From positions 45,322,001 through 45,386,000 of the forward strand of contig OX597814.1 in the NCBI GenBank assembly GCA_951406725.2: a stretch of DNA of 64,000 nucleotides. Direction: 5' to 3'. The notes beneath the pieces were generated by a model. It saw only the letters and a list, made by a program, of their open reading frames with translations, did not search any database and was not told where the DNA came from. Source of the stretch: Octopus vulgaris (Eukaryota). Position 1 is the first letter of the stretch. Each line of letters opens with the position of its first letter. The position numbers were made by a program, and so were the translations under genes. Below, piece after piece: positions 16,898 to 29,470 of the stretch.

Positions 16898-17119
16898 GCC
16901 TCTCTCGCTTCTATTTTATTCATATACTCTATTTTTCATTATATTTCTTTAATTACTATCTATCTAGCCTGCTTGCCAACTTTTGTATCTGTCTTCCTCA
17001 GTATTAACCTGTCGCATTTTCTTTGTTTCTGTATTTTCATTCAATCTCTCTCTCCTTTCTCCTATCTCACTCTCTCTCTCCTTCTTTCTCTCTCTTCCTC
17101 TCTCTCTAACTCTCTCTCT

Positions 17120-17184
<65 letters not shown>

Positions 17185-17473
17185 CTCTCCCCACATTTAA
17201 CTACCTTTATTCCTACTTATTTTGGCTCGTTTTTCGTCTCTTGTTGCTTCATTTTTCTCTCACTCATTCCGATTTATCTCCCTTTATGCAAGCCTTCATT
17301 TTGTACGTTTATCTGTACATGTGAGTCTATCCTTCTCTTGTACACGCTCTCTTTCTCGCTCTTTCTTTTTCTCCACTTCTCTCTCTGCCTCTCTACACCT
17401 CTTTCTCTCTCTCTCTTTCTCTCTGCACCTCCTCTTTCAGTCTGTGTCTCTCTCTGTCTCTCTCTCTCTCCCT

Positions 17474-17510
<37 letters not shown>

Positions 17511-18152
17511 ACAGAGTCTGTTTACTCTTTCTAGAAAAATGTTTCTAAGTAGTTGTAAATCAATAACTCTCTTTACATCTTCATAGATGGGTTAATTCAG
17601 ATGTAGTATATAGATTTTTGTATATGTCAGGTGTACACTATAGATTTATCTATGTGTTGTTCGATGCAGTCTTTAGATTTTGTACATTTGTCAGTTGCAG
17701 TATACAGTTTTATGTATGTGTTCGGTTCACTCTTTACATGTATGTGCGTGTTAGATTTGTGCATATGTCAACAGATATCTATAGATTTGTGTGTCAGATT
17801 CAGTTTTCTGTTTAGTGTAGGTCTTTAAAGTAGCGCTGTCCACTTCATTCTCCACAGCCAATACACTAGCCTCTCATTTTCAGAACCCGGTTTGTGTTTA
17901 ATTCTGAGCGAGCATCAAATATAAGTTTGACTGAATGTTTGTCTGTTAGAATGTTTTATCTGCATACACATACACAGGCGCACACGCGCACACTGCTACA
18001 GATAGTGTGTGTGTTTAATTTTAAATGAGATATTCATGGCAAGGGAAATTTTGGGTGAAATGAATTTATAGAATAATTGCATATAAAAAGAGAAGATATA
18101 TATATATATATATACAGAGAGAGAGGGGGTATCAAAGATGTACAGGTGTCAA

Positions 18153-18240
18153 TTCATTACGGCCGTATCAAGTAGCTCCATTCAATTGATTAATGAAAAC
18201 ATTACATCAATTTGAAAAAAACCGTTCTCGTCAGATGAAC
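18153..18240 (-). ncRNA. Degenerate minimal type-I hammerhead ribozyme (GAAA>GATA)
   Basis: Minus strand: TTCAT-CTGACGA-G..(hairpin TTCAAATTGATGTAATG/CATTAATCAATTGAA)..T-GATA-CGGCCG-TA-ATGAA. Confidence 0.6.
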
Positions 18241-18364
18241 GCATAGATCGAGGAAGTCCGGGATGGCTACCGGAAGATACTTTATATATATAGCCACTAT
18301 AAAGCTACAGTAACACCCCCTCCTCAATGTGGTTAGCCATGATAAGATGGCTTCTATACTTTAC

Positions 18365-18472
<108 letters not shown>

Positions 18473-18518
18473 CATGCATGCATACATACATACATACATA
18501 CATACATACATACATACA

Positions 18519-18553
<35 letters not shown>

Positions 18554-18625
18554 GGATCAAAGCAGCTTGGTTCAAATCCGTTGGTATCCTTGTGTTTCAA
18601 GCGCGATGCGATGCTAGTCGTCAGC

Positions 18626-19633
18626 CATTGTGAATTTGAATGACAGAAGTAGACTGTTATTACCGTAAAGTGGGCCGCGATTGGTCGAGGAAGGCCACAC
18701 GGTGTCGTGGTTTGATGTTAGTATATGGGTAACAGCTAGTTGGAAAATACTGCATGGCAAAGAGAAAATTGACCACGCAGAGGACAGGAAATAAACTAAT
18801 AGTCGGTCAGGTTGGGGGGAGTAGGAAGGGGTAGCATGTGCAAGTATATAGTTCTATATGTGGGTGCGTAGATGTGCACATATAGATTTGCGTGCATGTG
18901 TATACACATATGTGCACACACACACACACACACACTTGGACGAATACGCACGCGCGCTCACGCACACACATACACGCATACACACACACTTGCGTATTCA
19001 TTCATAAGTACATATGTCAACTCGCATGCATGTACGCATGCATACCAGTATGCATACACACATGCATGCGTGTGCACGTGCACTCGCACGCGTGCGTGCA
19101 CAAGTATACACGCGCAAAACAAGTGTTGATGATTGGTGAGCGTTGGGAATTGGTAAGTGTTGCGTGATGGATACTGCGGTTTGCTTGGAGGATATGCAGT
19201 TTTTCGCGGAGGCAGAGCTGGCTGTTGGAGGTGCCAGCTGAATAAGGTGGCGCTCTATCGACAATAGTCCACTTGATGCTGGGTATTTCATCTCGGAGAT
19301 CACGGAGTCTCCAGAGAAAACAAGACAGGGTAGTAGAGTTCTCTCTATCCCAAATCTATATGAGCGCATCTACGCATCCACATATAGTACTATATACTTG
19401 CATATGCCGCCCCTTCCTATCCCCCCCCCACACACACACACGCACACATATACACCCAACCTGACCGACTTCTAGTCTATTTACTGTCCTCCACGTGGTC
19501 AATTTCCTCTTCGCCATGCAGTTTTTTCCAACTAACTGTTACCCAAATACCAACATCAGACCGCGACACCGCATGACCGAGATCCCTACCACGGTAAAGG
19601 CTCTTTCTACTCCGATAGAAATTAGAGGAATGG
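18626..19633. mobile_element. Foldback/MITE-like element with long imperfect inverted arms
   Basis: 18693-18889 is the reverse complement of 19352-19578 (apart from a (CA)n insertion); weaker similarity extends outward. Confidence 0.65.
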
Positions 19634-19779
19634 TACTGAGGGCAGGGGACTGTAATTTCAACCGTTTTCATTTCTTTAACATTCAACAGTGTTCTTTGTT
19701 TGTTTGTTTGTTTGTTTAGTTCTAGGTGGGGGAACCATATGATGGTCAAATGCTCTCTCAATTTGTTTTTGGCCAATCG

Positions 19780-21410
19780 AGTTTTGTTAATGGCAACTTT
19801 TTATCTGCGTGGTAGAAACATTTCTTTGATGAAGTGGATGATTCAATTATCGTAGGTTCATATTCGAAAGGGAAATAGGCAATTCTTTTGCCAAAATGAC
19901 GAACATTCTTTCATACTGTTTCTTTGAAATAGTTTACACTGGAGATTCTGAAGGCAATTTTAGAAAGGAGTCAAGTGCACTCAAAATTTTAAAAGATTAT
20001 TTAAATATTTCATCAATCTAATCAGATTTTTACTCCTTTACTGTTGGATCTTATTCTTAGCACTTTTCCCCTTTTTTCAAAGGGGTCGTTAGAATATTTT
20101 GTCGATTCAGTTATTCTAGAATAGAAACAAACATTCCTTCTGCAAAAGTCAAGGTTGCACCTCATTAACCTACTGGTTTTTTAACCCCAGTTTTAATTAG
20201 TTCCAAAGCTAATACAGCAGCATGAATAGTATTTAATTCATTGTCTAAAAAGTTGGAAGATTTTTTCCATATTGATCATATACCTTTCAAGCTACAAGAA
20301 TCGTTCTACCATTTCAAATAAACTGTCCTATTTTGTCTTGGTATCATTGATTAATTGCAATTCATGACCATGCTCCTTTTAACATATTCTTGAAATTTTT
20401 CTTCTTTTTGTTAGAGACCCATGAGCAGAACTGATAATGGTTCTCACTTTTTCAATGACATTGCCAATGCTGAAATTTACTTCAGCGGAAAGATCTTCTG
20501 CAATTGAAGCTATTTCACAGTTTGCTGCTAATCGACAGAGTTGTTAACCACATTCGTAAATGCAGAATCTACATTTACATCATCATCCTTAAATCTACCT
20601 TTATATTCATTGTCGCCGATTCAATGGTCACTATTTGAATTAGCTTCATTACAATTTTATTCAGTTTTCTTCTAAAAGAAAACTTTAAAAACAGCAAAGT
20701 CAAACTCATGTGAGTAACTCAATCGATGCTCACATTTAATAGCCTTACCAAATTCAGCCATGGGAATGGTTGGATTAGTTACAACTGCAACAATATTTTT
20801 TTCAAAGTTTTGTTTCTGAAAAAGTGTTCGATATTTTTTTCCTTCAGGTGAACTGCCATATATTCTGATAATTGTTAAAAAAACAAAAAAAATTACTAGA
20901 TGAGTGTACATTTGTATTCATATATCTGCAACTACACAAAGATGTATATTCTTTTATAGAAATACTGACTTTATCAGAGTTCCTCTTTGTATTAGATATT
21001 TCCCTGATCACATTTTTCTTCAAATCATATTGCTCAAATCATTTTTGCTCAACCCAAACCATCTCTAAAAGCTTTCATAATAAAAGCCTTTTTCACAATT
21101 TCATTCATGTAAAATCCTTCAATAGCAGCTAATTTGGCTACTACGTCTTCTATAGTTTCTGTTTGTTTTTTATAAACATAGATTATTCCTCTATTGGTCG
21201 AGTCTTTTCGAAAAGAGATACATCTACTTCAATAATTCTAGTTTCTGCAAAAGTGTCAATCTGAACTATCTTTAAATGATGTAAAAGACAACTTGCTGAA
21301 CTGCCCAAGCATTTTAAGATGGTCTTGCAATTTAGAATTAGCGTTTATATAATACGGGCGGGTATTTATGGAAAATAGAATACGGTCTCCGGAAATCCCG
21401 ATTGCATTTT
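19780..21410 (-). pseudogene. Decayed hAT-superfamily transposase
   Basis: Minus-strand remnants resembling hAT motifs: LAAIEGF, IVAVVTN..FGKAIKCEHRLSYSH (CxxH region), VIEKVRTII, ELQLINDTKT(R)*DSLFEMVERF (equivalent to the TRWNS motif). Many stops. Confidence 0.6.
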
Positions 21411-21444
21411 TAGCCAAATTCTCAGAAACAAAACTTAGTGTGTG

Positions 21445-21836
21445 CTAGCAGTATCGCCCGGCGTTGCTCCGGTTTTTTTCGACCCTTTAGAATTGGAAGT
21501 TTTAAAAAGTAAAACGTTCGCATTATGTAGCTTGTTATTTCCTTTAAGTGAACATTTTTCTGGTTGAAATACACCGAAAAATGGCGACACAGCAGTCAAA
21601 AAATTGTAAAAAATAGGGATTTTCATAGCAAAAAAGCACATTTTTGATGTAAATAATTGTTGGTCTTAACATGGTCCAATTTGAATTTTATCTACTACGG
21701 AATAAAGAGCAAGCCTCCTTCTATCATACTCTCAATTTTGGTCAACTTGCGCCGCAGGGTCTTGGAGGAGATAGTGTTAGTTGAAGGCTACCAAACCTGC
21801 CATACACAGACAACTTCAGCTTTATATAGAGAGAGA
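21445..21836 (-). mobile_element. Non-autonomous Helitron
   Basis: Minus strand begins A|TCTCTCTCTATATAAA and ends with hairpin CCGGAGCAACGCCGGG followed by CGATACTGCTAG. Shares ~330 bp with 26770-27092. Confidence 0.75.
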
Positions 21837-22918
21837 TGTAAGCTCACATACATCAGATGTGAAAGAATACAGAACTGTTTTAAAATATTTTCTTTGGCGT
21901 TTTTTTCTACAATTATGCTTACATCTCCAACCTAAATCAGTAACTAGTCTATTTCTACAACTATTTGTAAGAGAAACACCTTTTACTTACCAATTCATTT
22001 TTATTCAGAATGAATTATAAAATATATCACATACCACGTGGGATTTTATTTTTACGAACATGGTAAGTATTGATAAAGACCAAACCAACACCAATGTCAA
22101 CTCAAGCCTGTCTACGTTTAACTCAAAATTTATTTCAGTATTATGAAAAAACCCGAGATGACCCTTCTATCGGTAATATGAAACGGTTAAAAGAAGTACT
22201 GAGACGAAGCTCACCCAAACTTTAAAATATTTTACGTCAAAGCAGCTTCGGTAACAAGCATCTTCTTTTCCGTTCTTTTTTCTTTTTGCTTTTTTTTTTG
22301 TTTTTTTTTTGGGGGGTTTTTTTAACGATTAATGGCTACCACAGATAGCAGCTGCTATTCCAACTCACGTGATGCTAATCGATCTTTTCAAAACACTAAG
22401 AACTTGCCAAATCTGTCATAAGTGAGAAAAGAAATAATGTAAACAAACCGCTGCCACTAACACAAAACTCTCATATAAATCCACATGCAACCAATTCGAT
22501 AGAGATGACAGTGAAATGTATTCAATTTAAGAACATTTTAAAATCGCAGTTTGTAGAAAAGTTTTTCAATTCTTCTAAACTGTTCTCATGTTGAAAGATA
22601 TTGATGCTGCTCCTGAAGAATACATGTAATCATTTGATGTAAACTACTGGACAATTAATACTTTTCTATACAGAGCTGCTATTAGTCTTGAAGAACAAGA
22701 AGAAACCTGCCTTGCTAATAAAATTATTAAACGGAAGCAACCCAGTTGGAAAACAATAAGACTTGAACGAAACATCAACAATTTGCGTCGCCATATTGCA
22801 TGGTTATCCACAATATGTAAGAGGACTATGTTCACACCTCACCAATTACATACTGAAAAAAGTAACAAGAATTTACAGCAACTTTTCAAGTCAAATTCTT
22901 GAGAGGAAAGTAATTACT

Positions 22919-23181
22919 TTAAACATTATTTACATTTGACGGATATTTGTCCTCATCTTGTCTGTTGTTAACACAATGTTTCGACTGATATACTCTCCAG
23001 CTTTCATCAGGTGTCTTGGGGAAATTTCGAACCTGGGTTCCCGTTCCTAAAGTATTTTTCGATGTTATTGTTGTTGTTGTTGTTGTTGTTGTTTCTGTTG
23101 TTATTATTATTATTATTGGCGTAGTGATTAAGAGCGCGGGCGACTAACCCGAATATACCGAGTTCGATTCCAGGCAGTGAT

Positions 23182-23239
<58 letters not shown>

Positions 23240-23407
23240 TCGAAAAATACCCTAGGAATGAGAACCCAGGTTCGAAATTTCCCCCAAGACACCTGAGTAT
23301 ATCAGCCGAAACATTGTGTTAACAACAAACAAGATGAGGACAAACATCTGTCAAATGTAAATAATGTAAATAATGTGCATAATTCCTCATCTCTTAAATA
23401 TAGAACT
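22919..23407 (+). mobile_element. Palindromic insertion: inverted body, tRNA-like head, (AAT)n, body (SINE family H); TSD GTAATTACT
   Basis: 22923-23066 is the reverse complement of 23236-23370. Head 23117-23185 has TGGCGTAGTG (A box) and GAGTTCGATTCC (B box). GTAATTACT occurs at 22910-22918 and 23408-23416. Confidence 0.85.
22970..23015 (-). ncRNA. Penelope-type minimal hammerhead motif within the SINE body (partly mutated)
   Basis: GACAC-CTGATGA-A-AGCTG-GAGAGTATAT-CAGTC-GAAA-CA-TT-GTGTT; stem I is GACAC/GTGTT. Confidence 0.6.
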
Positions 23408-24362
23408 GTAATTACTCTACAGCATGACGTTAAGAAGCTAAGCGAAAAAGTTCGTTATCGTAGAAAAATTATCGAGTGAGCCTATATAAATCACAAAAAT
23501 TGCTTCCAGGCCACAGGCACCATACTGGGAGATGAGGAAGGAAAACATTACCGTTAAGAAACCCCCTTCTGAAAAGATCTTGACTCATTCTTGTCTAAGC
23601 TCTAGAAAGGAGAAAGAGATTTCAACCAGAAAGCAATTAAAAACGAAACAGAACATGCACGTGTATGCATACATGATTGCATATATACATGTATGCATGC
23701 ATGAATGCATATATACATGTACGCATGCCTGTCTGCATACATACATACATACATATATACATACATTTCTTTTCAGCTTCTAACATGAGAAAATAGCAAT
23801 TTCAGCTTATATTTCAGTATATATATGTTTGCGTATTCGGGAGATTTTATGTGCGTGTGAGAAAGAGAGGGTGCAAGGTGTGTGAGTGTATATGTGTATT
23901 TAATTATGCTTCATGTTTCAATATTATGAAATTTCAATTCAAGTTGTTTTCTTTATTTCAAAAAATATATTTATTTCTTTTCTTATCAATTCTAATTTTT
24001 TTCCTACACAATTCTGGATATTGAAAGACGTCAACTTTTTGTAACTTGAAATTTTTTCCAATTGACAAAAAAAAGCAGGAAACATCATTTTGATTGGCTT
24101 CGTTTATTATATCCTTGAGTGTATATGAAACTGCTTGCATGTTTCTGCATACGTGAGTTATATCTTACAATGCCGTGGTAACTGTTCTGATGTATCATTG
24201 TAATGTCTTAGACATGCCCTATATAGAGGAGTGTGAAAATGCACCGTGCAACACTCTAACCACAAAGCCACGCATTTTTTACGCGCGTGTGTGTGTGTGT
24301 ATGGTAGTTACTCAGGATTCAAGTATAAAGACATCACACACACATAGATACACATGTATAAA

Positions 24363-25570
24363 CACAGACATAACCCCATAAAACATCGTTTTATGCTTAT
24401 TCTAACTCGTAATGGTTTATATTTTTTATTAATTGACATTTTTGTTTCCGGTTCTATAAGTGACTGTTTAATCATGCCACGCACAAAAGAAGCCTTGGAA
24501 CTGTTTGAATTTCAGAGAGGTCGTATTGCGGTCGTTCTGAAGGTGGACATAAAATCTCAGAAAACCTTGGTATCCCGATTTCTACAGTTAATAGAGTGAC
24601 TGTACAATGCACCAAAGAAGAGAAGGAGTCCATATAACCTCGCCCAGATCAACCAGGGCCCTCTGACAGGACCATTCTCTTTGCTAAGAGAAGTGTTAAG
24701 GATAATCCTCGTTGCAAGGCCTCTGATATAGCAGAACAAGTTGATGTCAGTCCCATAACAGCTGTCAGGTCTCTCCACAAACTTCGTTACTATGGTAGAG
24801 CAGCAACAAGGAAGCCACTTCTTCGACCAGCCAACATCAAGCGGAGAAAAGATTGGGCCAGTGAGATGGTGGAGAGGCTATTAGCATTTGGGGACAATGA
24901 TGAGTCCAGATATGCTCTATTTCCTGGCAGTGGTCGAGTGTAGGTCTGGAGACTCTGTGATCAAGAATTTGATGAGAAAATATTGTAGCCAACAATGAAA
25001 CCCGACAACTATTCTGTGATGGTCTGGAGAACAATTTGAAGTAATGGTCAATCAGAGCTGGTGAAGAGTGAGGGAAACATAAAATCAGATAAACATGTTT
25101 CCATATTACATAAAAGATTCCTTTCAATCTTTTCCATTGGTCAAATGATTAAAGAAGACTTTATTTATTGGGGCTCCTTGTCACATGGCCAAAATGACCC
25201 AAGATTTGTTGGATGAGAATGACATTAAAAAGCTTTTATGGCCAAGCCAGTCACCAGATATGAACCCTATTAAACACCAGTGGGACATAATGGATAGGAC
25301 ACTTCATAAAAGAAACAAGAAATTATCTTCAAAGCCAGATCTTTTGAGATTACTGTATGAAACTTGACAAGAAATTCCGCAAGAGAATATTCGTCATCTG
25401 ATCAGTAACCTGCCTAATATGGTCCTTGCATTGAAAAATGCAAAGGGTATGTCTACTAAATATTAAATATTCACATTATAACAATTAATTAATAATTTGA
25501 ATGCATAATTTCAGATTTAAATAAGTTTTAATGATTATATGGGTGTTTATTCACTTCTGTCATGCCTGTG
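24363..25570 (+). mobile_element. Tc1-family DNA transposon with decayed DD34E transposase (24474-25466)
   Basis: MPRTKE..EFQRGRI, RKPLLRPANIKRRKDWA, DESR, VMVW, APCH, WPSQSPDMNPIKHQW. Degenerate TIRs (CACAGACAT../..CATGCCTGTG) with TA after the right end. Confidence 0.85.
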
Positions 25571-25654
25571 TATATGTGTCTGTGCATGTATATATAAACT
25601 GAATTGAATTTATAATTCTTCAATTTATTGTTTTGTTTTTCCATTTCTGATTTA

Positions 25655-26143
25655 TCTCTTATTATAAAAGCAGATTTTATCTGCCTCCCTTTGTAAGTTA
25701 TAGAAATCTACAATATAGGATTTCTTCAATTACAATTTACCTAGCATTTTTAAGAGTACAATGCATCGGGTCATGCCAGGTCCAGTTTTTAAAATTTAAA
25801 CTCCAATTAAGCAAAATTTACAGAAAACTCACATTCTGGTGTGTGTGTCAAATGCTTTTCTTAATGTGGTTTACACCACACGCACACGCACACACACAGT
25901 GTGCAACGAATAAAATGAAAGTAAATAGCGACAGAGTGATTTGAGGAAGACTAAACTGAAAGTATTTAAACCACTACTCAAAAAATTTCTTCAATTAGAG
26001 TGTACCCATGATTTTTCAGAGTACTTCAGTGGGTGATGCCATAAAAAATTTCTTTCAATTTTACCACCAATTAAGACAAAATTCGAGAAAACTCAATATT
26101 TTAACATTTCACTCCGAAAGCATTGATGTACATGTGTGCGTGC

Positions 26144-26214
<71 letters not shown>

Positions 26215-27092
26215 ATGGGTTGTGCGACACAGAAAGTGTGGTGTGTAAGTGAAGTGCTTTTGTTAGTGTGTGTAAAGAGACAGACAGAGTGAAAGACAGA
26301 AATAAGCGCGCGTAATTGAAAGTTTTCACTATGATATCATCACGTGCGAAAAAATTCGAAGGGTTTTGAACAATTGAGATACAGATGTCACGCCTGTATT
26401 GAAACCATTGCTAAGCTGCCGTAATTGCTTAATTAAGACTTTGTTTAAATTGAAAGGGGCAAATATGTGACGAGGTTGAAAAAAATACCCCAGAAAAAAA
26501 AATGTACTGCTGGTATTTATATAATTCACTACTATTTTGCTACAATGTCATGAAAAAGAAAAAATTTAGGTATGTAAATCGAATTCGCCACCCCCTTTTC
26601 CCCGTTCGCGTTTGTGTAAAAAAAATTATTATTTAAGTTTTAAAAATTATTTACTTTGTTCAAAAAATATTAATATTAATTAATTTTCAAGAATTATTTA
26701 ATTTTATTCTGTAAAATAGTAATTAATTCATTTATCTGTAAATCCGCGAGGTTGTTACTCAGGCACCTAGAATGGTAACCTTCAACTAACACTATCTCCT
26801 CCGAGACCTTGCGGCGCAAGTTGACCAAAATTGAGAGTATGGTAGAAGAAGGGTTGCTCTTCCTTCCGTAGAACATAAAATTCAAATCGGACCATGTTAA
26901 CACCAAAAATTATTTACATCAAAAAGATGCTTTTTTCTATGAAAATCCCTATTTTTTACGATTTTTTCACTGCTGTGTCGCCACTTTTCGGTGTATTTCG
27001 ACCAAAAAAAATGTTCACAAAATTTTTACTTTTCAAAATTACAATTCCAGCGGGTCGAAACAAACCCGAGCAACGCCGGGCGATACTGCTAG
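25655..27092 (+). mobile_element. Non-autonomous Helitron with internal (GT)n
   Basis: A|TCTCTTATTATAAAAG ... CCCGAGCAACGCCGGG-CGATACTG-CTAG|T. The 3' end is clear; the 5' end is inferred. Confidence 0.7.
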
Positions 27093-28249
27093 TATTTATA
27101 TATATTACATTTCTAAAGCTCTCAGAGAGATTTATACAGTAGCAACACGATGAAGTGATGGTATGTTGCCAGCTTAATGTAGCAGTCCCATGAAAGGGAA
27201 GAATGCTACTGCTATTCTGCTATTTAGCCCTAGGAAACACCGTTCCCAGTTGGCCATGACACATTTTCTGTGTTCTAATGTTTTCAAAGGGGAGATAAGC
27301 GCCTCCGCCCAGCAAAGCCAGCAACCAGAGACTTGTTTCAGAGTCATTGCTCATCATCAGTCTGGAGTAAAATGGTTTGCTAGCTGTCGATACATTCATA
27401 CATACATACATACATACATACATACATACATACATACATACATACATACATGCATGCATGCATGCATGCATACATACATACATACATACATACATACATA
27501 CATACATACATACATACATACATACATACATGCATGCATGCATGCATACATACATACATACATACATACATACATACATACATACATACATACATACATA
27601 CATACATACATACATAACTCGCACATTACAAATACCATCAGAAAGTGGAATAGTTAAAATATGCAAGACTTTTCTCATATTTAAAATGTAACATTCATTT
27701 CGTTTACTATATTCCAACGATGCAACTTTGTATCTTCCTCAAAGGAAGAATTTAAATAATTAAAAAGAGAACCATAAATATTCAGAATTCACATTCATGC
27801 TAATACACAATACTTGAATGTGCCTTATTCTTATTCAGTGTGTTTCTGAATACCAAAATGATATAAAATGTTTAATTCCTGAATGTCTTAATACTGAGTA
27901 GCCCTTATATCTAATCGTATATTCTATAAATTTTGATCCTTATTTTCCTGTAAAGATTATATAAGCAAGAAAGTCTTCTCTGGAGATTCGCATGTCACAT
28001 TCTTTGACTCCTTTTTTTCTTTCGGTCTTTCTCAAATTAGTGTGTTCGACGAGACCACACAGGATGCTATTCATAGGTGCCGTTTTCCTATCATTTGTTT
28101 TGTTTTTATCATTATTTTTATGCGGTGAAGAATGCTTTTATACTAATCAGTTACAGTGTCACGGAAAATTAGCAAATACTTGCATCTTTGTATTTTAATA
28201 TATGCTTACTTGTCTAAGTATAGATACTCCATATATTGATTTCATATTT

Positions 28250-28452
28250 TAGCTCAAGGCCAGCAAGTTCGGGGAAGGAGGCTTGTTGATGCAATCGACC
28301 CCAGTACACAACTGGTACTTATTTCATTCACCTCGGAAGGGATGAAAGGCAAAGTCGGCTTCGGTGGAATTTGAACTCAGAACATAAAAGACGGACGAAA
28401 TGCCACTAAACATTTTGCCCAACGCGGTAACGATTCTGCCAGTTCGCCACTC
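28250..28452 (-). mobile_element. SINE family A
   Basis: Reverse complement of the family-A head and core (GATGAAAGGCAAAGTCGGCTTCGGTGGAATTTGAACTC). Confidence 0.85.
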
Positions 28453-28994
28453 TAAATACTCCATATATTTCTCCGTATTTCATATCAAATGGTTTATTTT
28501 GCAGTTGTACTGTCACATGTTGGGTCGGAAGACTGCTGAATTACAAACAAAATGTATGATAGCTTGAATCGGCGCTAAATTTCCAAAAGACTGAAGCCTC
28601 GAAGCTAGCCCCGTTTTCTATAGCGTTTAATAGTCGCTAAGCCTAGTCACTTTTCATACTTAATTCCGTTGTTATGAGGAGTGTAACGAAACGACCAAAG
28701 CGCTATAATTATTAAAGGGTCGTTCATTCACTTTACCTGTTAAAGTCAAATCCCCTATAGAAATCGGAAAAACAACGAAAAAGTACGCGAGTACACAGTA
28801 TTGAGCCAGCCAGACCACTTCTCCCCAATTGTTTCGGTCACCCTTACCATTAAATCTGAGCCCCTGTTTTAAATCTGCTTGTGAGCTTTTGTGCGTGTAT
28901 GTTGAGTAGCTTACAACAACCAACTCTGTCATGTTATACATGAGCGTCCATCACGAAATGTGTTTACTAGCTGGCTACATGATGACATGTGATC

Positions 28995-29051
<57 letters not shown>

Positions 29052-29239
29052 CACGAAAATAAGTGCTTTACGATATTTTAGTTTGATATTTCCTTATTTT
29101 GTATTCAGCACCTCGCCAAAATTGACAGAATTTGATCCCTCCGAGATCTATAAATGTCTGCTATTGCTCTTGCTGCTTTCGTCGTAGTTGTAGTCATTGC
29201 CATCATTGTTATTGTCGTAGCCGTCGTAGACGTTGTTTT

Positions 29240-29470
29240 TTCTTATTTAGCCCCAAAGACAATTATGATCAAGCAGACCTATGATCAAAAGAATTCCAGT
29301 CATGACCACTCAGTCACTTTTTCTTTTTCTTTTCGATTTTTAGTTTTCAAGTATTGCGTGCTCCAGACTACATTATCCAATATATTTTTCAAAGAGGCAG
29401 TGGTGTGTGGTTATAGGGAGATATGGCTGCTATATTTAACAGGTAGAACGGTCAAATAGAACCCTCCCTC
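29240..29470 (-). mobile_element. Old interspersed repeat, family C (related copies 44785-44965 +, 49380-49480 +, 49730-49915 -)
   Basis: Shared motifs GGAATGCCTTTGATC and GAAATAGCA(G)CCAAAT, with a ..GGGGCTAAA(CAA)n-like tail across copies. Confidence 0.55.

Larger units (their letters stand above)
22050..23580 (+). pseudogene. N-terminal (pre-RT) ORF remnant of an R4/Dong-type element, interrupted by the family-H SINE
   Basis: Plus-strand WTINTFLYRAA..QPSWKTIRLERNINNLRRHIAWL..ILERKVIT|LQHDVKKLSEKVRYRRKII; the frame continues across the insertion. Family assignment is from recalled motif similarity; left boundary is approximate. Confidence 0.55.

Noticed and set aside
23117-23185. Possible tRNA gene
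   Set aside because: It has A/B boxes but no complete acceptor stem and is fused to a repeated body, so it is a SINE head.
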